A stretch of 64,000 bases of DNA from Octopus vulgaris (lineage: Eukaryota): the NCBI GenBank assembly GCA_951406725.2, contig OX597822.1, positions 74,152,001 to 74,216,000 of the forward strand. The letters are read 5' to 3'. Each line of letters opens with the position of its first letter. Position 1 is the stretch's first letter. Below the pieces are notes generated by a model, which worked only from the letters and a program-made list of their open reading frames with translations, had not been told where the DNA came from and did no database searches. Positions 53,245-64,000 of the stretch are shown piece after piece. The position numbers and the translations under genes are program-made.

Positions 53245-53600
53245 TAGGCGCCGACGTGGCTATGTGGTTAAGAATCTCTCTTCCAGCCACCTTGGGCAAG
53301 CATCTTCTACTGAAACCGCAAGCCGTCCAATGCTGCCTGAGTAAATTTGGTTGCCAGAAATTGTGTGAAAGCCCGTCGTGTGTGTGTGTGTGTTTACATC
53401 TTTATTTTCCCACCTTACCACCGCTTGAGAACCGGTATTCGTTTGTTTACTCCCTAACTTTTGGCTCAGCAAAAGAGGACGATACAATAACCAGATTTAA
53501 AAACAAAACAAAAAAAATCGTAATTTGTTCGACTAAAATACTTCAAAGCGGTGCCCTAGCATAGCTGGAGCCCATAGACTAAAACAGGTGAAAAATAAAT
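53245..53600 (+). mobile_element. SINE family B, old diverged copy
   Basis: Recognisable head, core and tail motifs. Confidence 0.55.
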
Positions 53601-53714
53601 GATTAAAAAATTTTTTAATTTAAATATTATTGAAATTCTTGAAAAAGGAAGAGAAAAATGTAATATATATTATCATTAAGATGAGATGAATTTTCCCTTG
53701 ACTGGGTCGCCAGT

Positions 53715-54202
53715 GAGTGAGTGTGTGTGTGTGTGTGTGTGTGCGTGCGCATGTGTGTGTGTGTTTGTGTGTATGTGTGTGTGTTTGTGTGTATGTGTGT
53801 TTGTTTGTGTGTATGTGCGTTTGTTTGTGTGTGTGTTTCTGTATGTGTGTTTGTTTGTGTGTGTGTTTGTGTGTGTTTGTGTCTATGTGTTTGTGTGTGT
53901 GTGTTTGTGTGTCTATGAGTGTTTGTGTGTGTTTGTGTGTGTTTGTGTTTATGTGTTTGTGTGTGTGTGTGTTTGCGTGTGTGACTTTGTGTGTGTCTGT
54001 GTGTGCGTTTGTTTGTGTGTGTGTGTGTTTGTGTCTGTGCGTGTTTGTTTCTGTGTGTATGTGTTTGCGTGTGTTTGTGTCTATGTCTGTGTGTTTTTTG
54101 TGCATGAGTTTGTGTGTCTTTGTGTGTGTGTGTGTGTGTTGTGTTTGTGTATGTGTGTGTGTTTTTGTGCTTGTGTATTTGTTTGTGTGTGTGTGCGTGT
54201 GT
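53715..54202. repeat. Degenerate (TG)n array
   Basis: Seen directly; source of the spurious VC/HT ORFs. Confidence 0.95.
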
Positions 54203-54560
54203 ACATATTTGGGATGAGATTCCACATGCCAGTGAAGCAGATACTGTACTTCGTTCACTGGAACTGCAGCTTCAATTCCAGTTGGCTGCCAAGTTTGCTA
54301 TGATATATATATTAATATATGTACTAATTACTAGCAACAGAATCAGTACTAATACCAAAAGGTGTTATTTATCCCCACTTCAAAATGGATGTTGTCTTAG
54401 AACACAGAATACTGCGTCGTTTACCATGAGAGAACCTCTCATATATAAATATATATATATATGTATATATTGAAGGTGATCTTCAATAGTCCTCTTCATA
54501 TTTTCCTCTTCTCGAGTAACTTCGTAGTTTCCTCTGAGATTCTTCTCTCTTAGACACACT

Positions 54561-55364
54561 CCCTTAGCCTTCCTTAATTTCGCTGATGACATCGTAATCA
54601 TCGCTGAAACCATGGTTCAGCTTCAGACCATGCAGACGGAGCTCGACATCAAAGACTCTGCAGTAGGTCTCAAGATGAACCGCATGGAAACGAAGTTCAT
54701 GTGGTCAGACAACGTACCAACAGCTCGAATGGTGATTGGCAGTGATGAAATAGAGGAGGTAAAGGAATATGTCTACCTGGGGCAGGAAGTGTATATGTGC
54801 CGAGATATTGAAAAGGAGATCTCACAGAGAGTAAGGGCCGGATGGAAGGCGTTTAATAGCATAAGGGATGTGCTCAAGAGAAGGTTGGACAGGACCACCC
54901 GCGCCAACCTCATCAATAGCACAGTTCTACCTGCAATGTTATATGGTAGTGAAACATGGGCTACAACAAAGAGAGAACAGAGATTGGTAACGGATCAAAG
55001 AGCCATGGAGAGGTCAATGCTTGGAATCTCGATTAAGGAGTACATCAGTAGCGAGGTCATCAGAGAGAAGTTCCGGCATGAGGGATATCATCGTAGAATA
55101 TACACGCAGCAAATTTAGATGGGCTGGACACGTCGCCCGGTTCACCGATAATCGGGTGAATCCGCGCAGTTATCGAGTGGTACCCCCGCGCGAGCGGAAA
55201 CGACCACTCGGAAGGCCTCCACGACGGTGGGGTTACGATTTCAGGGGGGCGATTGGGATCACGTGGATGAGAAAGGTGCGATCTAGAGATGAGTGGACAG
55301 CGTGCTGTGACCAGCGGTGTCAAATGGACGCGCGACAGACTGGTCGGTCAAGGGGATCAATGTG

Positions 55365-55365
<1 letters not shown>
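54561..55365 (+). pseudogene. 5'-truncated RTE-clade LINE reverse transcriptase C-terminal fragment with frameshift
   Basis: LNFADDIVII, GLKMNRMETKFM, IEEVKEYVYLGQ, EISQRVRAGWKAF, LPAMLYGSETW, then after a frameshift RWAGHVAR and RPLGRPPRRW. Confidence 0.88.
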
Positions 55366-55395
<30 letters not shown>

Positions 55396-55520
55396 AAGAA
55401 TTCCAACCTTGTCTGATTTTCACGTTTTATTTACAATCTTATAATGATATATTATAAGATAATATATTATAATTGAATAAAATAAAATGAAATAGTAGAA
55501 TGTTAAATATTCATTCTGAT

Positions 55521-55565
55521 TGAACTAGTACTTTCATGCATTGAATTCTGCAATCTTCGGGTTCA
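55521..55565 (-). ncRNA. Minimal type I hammerhead ribozyme (core CCGAAGA) in the pLTR of element 2
   Basis: TGAAC-CCGAAGA-T-TGCA(GAATTCAA)TGCA-T-GAAA-GTAC-TA-GTTCA; 5-bp stem I, palindromic AGTACT stem III. Confidence 0.75.
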
Positions 55566-55627
55566 TGTAGTAGTGTTGACAGTCATGCTTCACAATTTTT
55601 GACTGTAGCAAGATGAGTGATTCTGTG

Positions 55628-55744
55628 CTATAAATACAGCTGGGTAGGCTCCAGAGTGCTAGGTTTTGCAAACTGTATTCTGACCAATCAGTGTGTAGTA
55701 TCACTCAATTACTTAAGCTGATTGGTTGGTTGAGCTGATTGGTT
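55628..55744 (-). promoter_or_regulatory. Putative pLTR Pol II promoter: three CCAAT boxes and a TATA-like box
   Basis: AACCAATCAG at 55744-55735 and 55727-55718 (minus), GACCAATCAG at 55682-55691 (plus), TATTTATAG at 55636-55628. Confidence 0.45.
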
Positions 55745-56059
55745 TAGGCATCACGCTTTGTTGGACAGGTCAAGAGTCCTGTATCTTGACCCTGGCCGAA
55801 GCAGCAATTGTTGGGTTATTTTTAGAAATGTTGTAAATATCCTTTGTCAGAGATTTTTATATTTTTATATTTCAATTGTCATCATCATCATTGTCAGCAC
55901 CTTAATTATTGTTGCTAGTGGTGATGGTGGTGGCAATAGAACTTTTAACCCTAAATAAGATAATTTTCCTGCTATCTTCGTCTTGATCACCTTTAGTATT
56001 GTTGTTGTTGTTAGTGGTCATGGTCGTAGCAGTGGAAGTAATACCTCTAAGTATTATTA

Positions 56060-58387
56060 TTATTGCTTATTTAGCTTGGGTTCGAATTTATCAATAAAAT
56101 TCTTTTCTCTGATTTTCCTCTCGATTTCACTTGGGCTGTGTAATTTGTAGAATGGAAATATTATATATATTTTCCGACCACATGTTGCTAGGTGGTTACT
56201 CAAAGGTATCTGACGGACCTCTGGGTCTCTAATCTGTTGCCGGTGTACACGTGAGCGTTCTAATAGTGCGTTTCCCGTCTGACCTACATATATTTCTTCA
56301 CAATTTGGGCATTTGATGCAGTAAATTAAATTTCTGCTTTTGCAGTTCATATTCGCGTTTGTGAATATTTTCCCGGTTTTTGTGTTTATATATTGACCGG
56401 TATGTATGAATTGGCATGTGCCACATCGGCTATCATTGCATTTAGATACCGTGAATGTTTGGTCTTTGTTGCTGAGGTCAAATTTTGCCTTTGTTAGTAA
56501 TGTTTTCAAGTTTTTAGGCTGTCTTTTACTAAGCACCATAGCTCGATCCTTGATTATGTCTTTTAGTTCATTACTTTGGGCAATGATTGGTAGGTTTGCT
56601 TTGGCAATGTTGAAGATATTCTGGTGACATGGGTTGTGTGTCACTATGAATGGTATGACTTGTTCTTGTTTTCCTCTTCCTTGGGTTGTCCTAAGTTGTT
56701 GTATAGGTATTTTTATAGCCCGCTGTATGCCATTTTCTATAAGTAGAGATGGGTATTTTTGTTTGAGCAAAAATTCTCTTAGTTCTATTAGGCGTTTGTT
56801 CCTGATATTTGCATCTTCTACAATAGTACAAATTCTTCTGGCTAGGTAGTATGGGATGTTACGTTTTGTATGTGGTGGATGGCACGACTTAAAATTTAGG
56901 TATTGATGTGTGTCTGTGTGTTTATAGTATATATCTGTGGTGATGGTGGTGTCTTTTTTAATTACCATTATATCCAGGAATGGTAATTTGGTACTACTCA
57001 TCTCCTTTGTAAATTTGAGAGATGGGTGTAGGTTGTTCAGGAGGATATTGAACTCTTCCAGAGTATTTAGAGATTCTGTCCAGATTATGAAACAGTCGTC
57101 TAGGTATCTCTTCCATGCCTTTTCAATATACTTTCTAAATCCAGTGCCATAGTTTACCTCCACCTCTTGGTAGAGTTGTTCTTCTAAGTATCCCATTACA
57201 GAGTTGGCGTAAACGGGAGCAAACCTCGTTCCCATCGCCGTGCCTCTAATTTGGATGTAATTCTTTCCATTGAAGAAGAATGTGTTATTTTCTAGAATAA
57301 GTTTGACTGTGTCTAATATAAATGGCACTGTGAATCTGCTGGGAATCACTTCTCTATGTTTTTCTAACCAGTATTTAATCGCCTTTATTCCTAAATCGTG
57401 TGGAATATTGGTGTAGAGGCTTACCACATCAAAACTTAGTAAAACTGAATTTGTTTCTGTTGTTTTGGGAAGATGGGACAGGAAGTCGATGTCATCCCTG
57501 ATGAAACTTGGTATGTAAGTACATAGTGGTTTCAAAACAATGTCAATAAAATTGCTTAGACGGTGTGTAGGGCATGCTGGACCAGCTATAATAGGTCTAA
57601 GTTTTAGGTCTTTTGGATGTAATAATTTTATGTACTCACTTTCTTGTTCTTTTACTGCCTGTTGAATGTTTTTTGATTTGTGTATTTTTGGTAAGCCGTA
57701 GAAGTTGCTGGGTTTTGGTTCAAAATTGGTGATGTAGTCTTTTTCATTATCCGTAAGTGAGTTGTGGTGTGTTGAAATCAGGTTGTTGATCTTTTTCATG
57801 ATGTGGTGGTCTATATTTGCGGGTATTTCACAATAGAAGGTTGTATCCTTCAGTTGGTCTTCAACCAAATCCTTATAGTATTCGGTATCCATAATAACAA
57901 TTGCACCACCTTTATCTGCTTGTTTAATTATTATTGTTTGATCGTTTTGTATACGTTTACATGCAGACATCTCTGATTTGCTAATGTTTGGCCTAACATT
58001 GGTATTGCGTCTAAGGGGAAATTTAGACAGGATATCAATGTATTGGTCAAGGTAGTTATTTCTTCCTTTTGGTGGGGTGAAATTTGATTTATTCCTTACT
58101 AGGGATTCATCAATCTCATTACTTTTGTTAGCGAAGAATTCTACAAGTCGTAATTTTCGACAGAATTTTTGGATATCCTCCTTTAATTCTTGGTGGTTGG
58201 CTGTTGGTGTAGGTGTGAATTTCAGTCCTTTTGACAGAAGTTGGATTTCATCATTGTCAAGATCTCTTTTTGATAAATTAATTATTTTAGGATCTATACG
58301 TTCAGTTGTTTGGGGTATGTTTCCTCTTGGATTTTTTCTTTCTCCGGTGTTTGTTGTCCTGACGTAAAAAAATGGATTTTTTTCTGG
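56060..58387 (-). CDS. Penelope-like RT / GIY-YIG endonuclease; frame is open stop-to-stop for 775 codons, first ATG at 57970
   Basis: Upstream of the ATG the frame reads IINLSKRDL..LLSKGLKFTPTP..FCRKLRL (typical PLE N-terminus). Then IKQADKGG, YGLPKIHK, LRPII, FDVVSLYT, GTAMGT, RYLDD, CNDSRCGTC, IYCIKC..YVGQTG. Confidence 0.93.
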   Translation of the reverse strand, partial: PEKNPFFYVRTTNTGERKNPRGNIPQTTERIDPKIINLSKRDLDNDEIQLLSKGLKFTPTPTANHQELKEDIQKFCRKLRLVEFFANKSNEIDESLVRNKSNFTPPKGRNNYLDQYIDILSKFPLRRNTNVRPNISKSEMSACKRIQNDQTIIIKQADKGGAIVIMDTEYYKDLVEDQLKDTTFYCEIPANIDHHIMKKINNLISTHHNSLTDNEKDYITNFEPKPSNFYGLPKIHKSKNIQQAVKEQESEYIKLLHPKDLKLRPIIAGPACPTHRLSNFIDIVLKPLCTYIPSFIRDDIDFLSHLPKTTETNSVLLSFDVVSLYTNIPHDLGIKAIKYWLEKHREVIPSRFTVPFILDTVKLILENNTFFFNGKNYIQIRGTAMGTRFAPVYANSVMGYLEEQLYQEVEVNYGTGFRKYIEKAWKRYLDDCFIIWTESLNTLEEFNILLNNLHPSLKFTKEMSSTKLPFLDIMVIKKDTTITTDIYYKHTDTHQYLNFKSCHPPHTKRNIPYYLARRICTIVEDANIRNKRLIELREFLLKQKYPSLLIENGIQRAIKIPIQQLRTTQGRGKQEQVIPFIVTHNPCHQNIFNIAKANLPIIAQSNELKDIIKDRAMVLSKRQPKNLKTLLTKAKFDLSNKDQTFTVSKCNDSRCGTCQFIHTGQYINTKTGKIFTNANMNCKSRNLIYCIKCPNCEEIYVGQTGNALLERSRVHRQQIRDPEVRQIPLSNHLATCGRKIYIIFPFYKLHSPSEIERKIREKNFIDKFEPKLNKQ

Positions 58388-59343
58388 TTATGATTTATAT
58401 TCCTGTTGATGTTTGCTTGATGAATTTTGCGTTTTGGTTGTGGTACTTTACTTGGTTTCGTTATGTTTTCTGTCTTGTTTTTGGTATTATGTATGCTACT
58501 TTTCAATTTCTTGTTAGCATTGTTTTTAACCACCTGGAGAAATGATCTGGGTTTACTTCTAGATCTAGATCGGTTTTTTGTCCAGTTTCTTGTGGGTAAT
58601 CTCTGTTGAGGTCTTGAAAATGATCTCCTGTTATTTCTACTGCTAATGGTCTGTTCAAAACAATATCTATTTTGTTTGTGCTTTTTGTTCATGTTGTGTG
58701 CATTAGGGTGTTTGCATACAAAATGGGAAGAGTTCTTACCGTAGTTCGTCTTCGATTCGTGGTGAAACGGGTGTTCATGTTGCCACGTGTTCTGGTGTAT
58801 GTTGCGTTGGTGAGGTTGTCCACTTTTAATGCTATTTCTCGGAGTTCTGGTGTCTTTACCGTAATTTGTAGCATATTTGTCGAGAAATAATTGTTTCCGC
58901 TGCCAAAACTTTCTTGATCTGCTTTCTTCTTTTGAGATATCTCTGATCCATAGTTCTCGCATTTTTTCTGCTATATTGCCGGTCGTTAGTTTGGATATTT
59001 CATCTCTGATTTGATCATCGATAGCTTCGTATTTGGCTTTGTAGCGGGATTGTTTAGACAGGGTAATGGAGATGTCGGTCCTGAATTTTATCAAACTAAG
59101 GTCCCATCGAAGTTTAGTTTCTTCCTCTGGTTCTCCTGCAATTTCTTTAATTAGGTACTTCCGAGGAAGTATGGGTGCCGCTAAAGATATCCATTTCGAA
59201 TGTATTTCAGCATATTTTTCGCATTTATATGCCTTCCAGAAGTTTTGTTTTCTTATGTTAAGGAGTTTTTTCCATGTCTTCTGTATCTCTTCTCTTTTTC
59301 GGTGTGCCTCTTTTTCCAGATTTCTATCGTTTATTTCTGACAT
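58294..59343 (-). CDS. Upstream ORF of element 2 (349 aa; helical/charged N half, basic RS/K-rich C half), probably 5'-truncated
   Basis: Long non-repetitive ORF, co-oriented with and overlapping the RT frame by 94 nt; runs to the TA-repeat junction. Confidence 0.7.
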   Translation of the reverse strand: MSEINDRNLEKEAHRKREEIQKTWKKLLNIRKQNFWKAYKCEKYAEIHSKWISLAAPILPRKYLIKEIAGEPEEETKLRWDLSLIKFRTDISITLSKQSRYKAKYEAIDDQIRDEISKLTTGNIAEKMRELWIRDISKEESRSRKFWQRKQLFLDKYATNYGKDTRTPRNSIKSGQPHQRNIHQNTWQHEHPFHHESKTNYGKNSSHFVCKHPNAHNMNKKHKQNRYCFEQTISSRNNRRSFSRPQQRLPTRNWTKNRSRSRSKPRSFLQVVKNNANKKLKSSIHNTKNKTENITKPSKVPQPKRKIHQANINRNINHNQKKIHFFTSGQQTPEKEKIQEETYPKQLNV

Positions 59344-59497
59344 CCAAGGAGGATATATATGTATTTATTCATTTATTTCTTTATTTATACATATATATAA
59401 ATATATATATATACACACATACATATACATATACATTTAACCGCATGTCAATATAAAAATATATATATGTGTGCGCGTGTGTGTGTGTGTGTTTGTG

Positions 59498-60143
59498 AAG
59501 GCGTGTGTCTCGGTGGTTGAGATATTCGGCTCACGATCTTAGGTCGTGAATTCAATTCCCGGTGACACATTGTGTCCTTGATCAAGACACTTTATTTCAC
59601 GTTGTTCCTGTCCACTCAGCTAGCAAAAATGAGCAGTACCTGTATTTTAAGGAGTCAGCCTTGTCACACTCTGTGTCACGCGGAATCTACCTGAGAACCG
59701 CGTTAAGGTTACACGTGTCTCTGAAATACTCAACTACTTACACATTAATTTCACGAGCAGGTTGTTCCGTTGATCGTTTCAGCCAGCTGGAACCCGCATC
59801 ATCGTAACCGACGGAGTGCTCCAATACTCTTTTTTACTCTCTTTCACTTGTTTCAGTCATTTGACTGCGGCCATGCTGGAGCACCGCCTTCAGTCGAGCA
59901 AATCGACCCTAGGACTTATTCTTTGTAAGCCTAGTACTTATTCTATCGGTCTCTTTTGCCGAACTGCTAAGTTACGGGGACGTAAATACACCAGCATCGG
60001 TTGTCAAGCGATGTTGGAGGGACAAACACAGACACACAAACACACGCATATATTATAGTAGAAGACACTTGTCCAAGGTGCCACGCAGTGGGACTGAACC
60101 CGGAACCATGTGATTGATAAGCAAGCTACTTACCACACAGCCA
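59498..60143. mobile_element. tRNA-derived SINE (+, 59498-59822) and SINE B (-, 59825-60143)
   Basis: Match to 15505-15825 (reverse complement) and to family B. Confidence 0.8.
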
Positions 60144-60405
60144 TAGCACCAGGTGGTGCTATTAAGTTAGACATGGCCTGGGCCAATAATGACCGAAACC
60201 TATCAAAGTATCAAAGTATATATATATATATATATATATTTTATATATAGAGGGCATTATACATACATGCCAGAAGGCATTATATATACATGCCAAACGC
60301 TAAGAGGGACAATTAGTCATTTATACCAAAAATATTACTAATCCCACCGAATGCAATTTTTCAAAGTAAGACATTTAAAAAAATATATAGACCTGACCCT
60401 ATATG

Positions 60406-60468
<63 letters not shown>

Positions 60469-60488
60469 TAGGTAGGTAGGTAGGTAGG

Positions 60489-60566
<78 letters not shown>

Positions 60567-62180
60567 CAGAGAGAGATAGAAAGAGAAAGAGAAAGGAGAG
60601 AGAGGGGTGCAAAAATGGCTTTGTGCCGGGCCGAATAAAGTGAATAAAGTAGACGGAAACTATGGGGAAGCTTATCGTGTGGGTATGTGGATTTCTTTGC
60701 GTTTTTGTTTATGCATATCCTCCTCCCATCGCTTGAGAACCGGTGTTGAATTGTTTACGTCCTTGTAACTCAGCAGTTTCTACAAAAGTGAAGGATGGAA
60801 TAAACACCCGAGTTTAAAGCAAATTAATAAATAACGGGTGTTCGATTTGTTTGACTAAACTCCTAAACTTCTCAAAATTTTGCCCCAGCATGGGCGCCGT
60901 TGAACGACTGAGACAAGGAAAAGATATAAGTAAAAAGTAAGAGGTAGTCTTTAACTGTGTTCTCTCCGACGCATGCGCTTTCGGTATTACTTATATTTAA
61001 CACCATTTCAAGTTACTTTACAAATTCCCAACAATCTTAGACTTTTCAAAATAACCCAGGAATTTTCACGATAGCTGGTTGTAAGAATAATTTGCACAAG
61101 CTTTAGTTATTATCTCTTTATATTATTGTTTATTTATTATTGTTGTTATATAAAGTATCTTACTTTCAGTTGCTTCATGAAATATTATAATGATATTCAC
61201 GTAAGTCCTTATATATTATAATTTATTCACTCAGCAGTATACACACTTCTTAATGCTCTGTCTACTATAGCTGCCTTTACACATGCCTATAAATATGGTA
61301 TGCTCGGCTTATAAGCAGCATATAGACGAAAATCCGTTATCATATCTTCTATTTTGGCAAGTGCCATGCAGTTAGCGGTGTAGTTTTCCCACGAGTTGTG
61401 GCACGATTCGGTTTCGAATTCTCGTCGGTTACAGTTCATTTCTTTGACGTCATAAATCGGTTATTTGAGGAGGTTGAGAATTTTCTCACTGGATGTTTAC
61501 TTTATATTCCGAGAGTGAAAACATCTTTATCCAGTAATTCATGACAAGAGAGTCTTAAATCCCAATAATTAGTCTGTTGCAGTGCTAAATAATTAATCAC
61601 AGATTCTTTTGACAGCACTCCAAGTCAGTTGTATTTTGCGCTTGGGTTTATTTTGCTACAAGTTTTTAATCTATACGCATTAGGACCCTGTAGTTTTTAA
61701 CATTTTGTATAAAATTTATAAATTGTTATATTTGACGATGGAGATATACAAACCCATATACGTACATCTAGCATACACACATATTCCAAACACATAGACA
61801 CACACAAGTACAGACATAAACGCATGCGCAGATAGGATTACATACTGCAAAATGACGAAATGGCAGAGAAAGGACAAGACCAGAGAGGAACAGAGACACG
61901 AGGAACGGAAAATCACTGAAGAGGTCACAGAATGTGGGACGTTAGGAGTCTGATAATATAGCTGAAGGGAAGCTCAAACAATTAGTACATTATGTTTATT
62001 TGCAAAAGAAAAGAGAAATTTAAAAAAGGACCCTCCCCAAATATAGCAACATCTATTTCAACACACGATTTCACATCAAAAATCTTGCAAAACAAATACA
62101 TGAACGCAATAAGTATAATTATTCCCCCAAGGGAATTTGTGAAAAGGTGAATAATTGTGGCGAAAATTCTAAGCAAGCGA

Positions 62181-62693
62181 CTGTAAAATGGTGATTGCCC
62201 TTGGTGGTCAGGGTGATTCTAAATCTGTAGGGTTCTTTCATGAACCCTAGTCGAAGGATCTCATGGTGCAGGAAGACTGTATCGTTCATGCACTCATGTA
62301 TTTTACATAACGTTCATAACTTTCATACCTTTTATAACCATATTGCTGTTGAAATAAACTGCTCTTGCTACAATAAAATTTGAGAATAAGGAAGAATATA
62401 ATACAATTGTCATAAACTGACTTTTGGAATAAGAATTAACATGGAATTTTCATGTAAGGCTTTAATTTAAAGCATTTTAAAGCAAGAAATTCGTATCATA
62501 AAACCAAGAGCGATTTCAGGTGAATTGGCATGAAAAGGCCTGGACTGTGAAATGGTGATTGCCCTTGGTGCACAGGGTGATTTTAGATCTGTAGGGTTCT
62601 TTCATGGGACCTAGTCGAAGGATCTTCTGGAGGAGGAAGACTGTATCGCTCGTCTACTTACTCATGTATTTTACATAACGTTTATATCTTGTA
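62181..62693. repeat. Diverged direct duplication of ~135 bp (62181-62314 and 62545-62693)
   Basis: ctgt(a/g)aaatggtgattgcccttggtg..cagggtgatt..atctgtagggttctttcatg..ctagtcgaaggatct..ggaagactgtatcg..actcatgtattttacataacgtt occurs twice. Confidence 0.85.
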
Positions 62694-62720
62694 TAACATC
62701 TCCCCATATTTTTCTTCTCA

Positions 62721-63156
<436 letters not shown>

Positions 63157-63409
63157 TGCAGTAGGCAGTTTTGACAGAATCGTTAAAGCGTCGGAAAAAG
63201 TGCAACGCAGTTTATATTTCTGCTCTTTACGTTCGGAGATCAAATCCTGCTATGGTCAGCTTTACTTTTCATTCTTTGGTTGTTGCTATATATAAAAAAA
63301 AAAAGTGGGGTGCCAATCAAGTACTGGAGTCTATGTAACAGACTAGCATCCCACCCCTCAAATATTGCTGGTCTTCGACCTAAATTCGAAGCAATCCATG
63401 TGACAATAT

Positions 63410-64000
63410 TCTTTTCTATTCTAGGCACAAGGCCCGAAATTTTGGTAGGAGGGGCCGGTCAATTAGATCGACTCCAGTACGCAATTGGTACTTAATTTAT
63501 CGACCCCGAAAAGATGAAAGACAAAGTCGACCTCGGCGAAATTTGAACTCAGAACGTAACGGCAGAACGTACCTATTTCTTTACTACCCACAAGGGGCTA
63601 AACACAGAAGGGACAAACAAGGAGAGACAAACGGATTAAGTCGATTACATCGACCCTAGTGCGTAACTGGTACTTATTTAATCGACACCGAAAGGATGAA
63701 AGGCAAAGTCGACCTCGACGGAATTGGAACTCAGAATGTAGCGGCAGACGAAATACCTATTTCTTTACTACCCACAGGGGGCTAAACGCAGAGGGGACAA
63801 ACAAGGACAGACAAACGGATTAAGTCGATTACATCGACCCTAGTGCGTAACTGGTACTTATTTAATCGACACCGAAAGGATGAAAGGCAAAGTCGACCTC
63901 GACGGAATTAGAACTCAGAACGTAGCGGCAGACGAAATACCGCTAAGTATTTCGTCCGGCGTGCTAACGTTTCTTATTTTTTTATTGCCCACAAGGAGCT
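63410..64000 (-). mobile_element. SINE family A multimer (3 or more units, continuing past the window end)
   Basis: Repeated GAAAGGCAAAGTCGACCTCG..GAACTCAGAA units. Confidence 0.85.

Larger units (their letters stand above)
55389..59353 (-). mobile_element. Penelope-like retroelement 2 (upstream ORF + RT/GIY-YIG + 3' pLTR with hammerhead)
   Basis: Open RT-EN frame; (TA)n at 55366-55388 and TA-rich repeat from 59354. Confidence 0.9.

Noticed and set aside
53620-54473. Cys/Val- and His/Thr-rich ORFs that look metal-binding
   Set aside because: Degenerate (TG)n repeat.

Overview
This is AT-rich, microsatellite-dense eukaryotic repeat DNA, and I found no supportable host protein-coding exon, so it is probably intergenic or a large intron. 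The SINE families and (TA)n/(TG)n/(GATA)n load point to an Octopus genome (inferred from recognition, not from a search). Nearly all listed ORFs are translations of microsatellites or SINEs. Four loci carry real coding signal. Two are Penelope-like retroelements (RT + GIY-YIG; 9873-12699 and 55389-59353, both minus strand and both bordered by TA-repeat DNA). The others are a complete but pseudogenised Tc1 (DD34E) transposon (26095-27806) and a 5'-truncated RTE-type LINE (54561-55365). The rest is dozens of tRNA-derived SINEs in three families, several MITEs, non-autonomous Helitron-type elements and long hairpins. The most interesting signal is a Penelope/hammerhead system with four parts: (1) at least nine minimal type I hammerhead-like motifs, most with family-specific non-canonical cores; (2) a tRNA-headed SINE carrying a canonical-core hammerhead (3139-3373); (3) apparent (TA)n targeting by both autonomous and short elements; (4) a Penelope element whose 349-aa upstream ORF overlaps the RT frame at a U_UUU_UUU -1 slippery site. 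All of this comes from reading the sequence by eye, and repeat boundaries are approximate unless a TSD or TIR fixes them.
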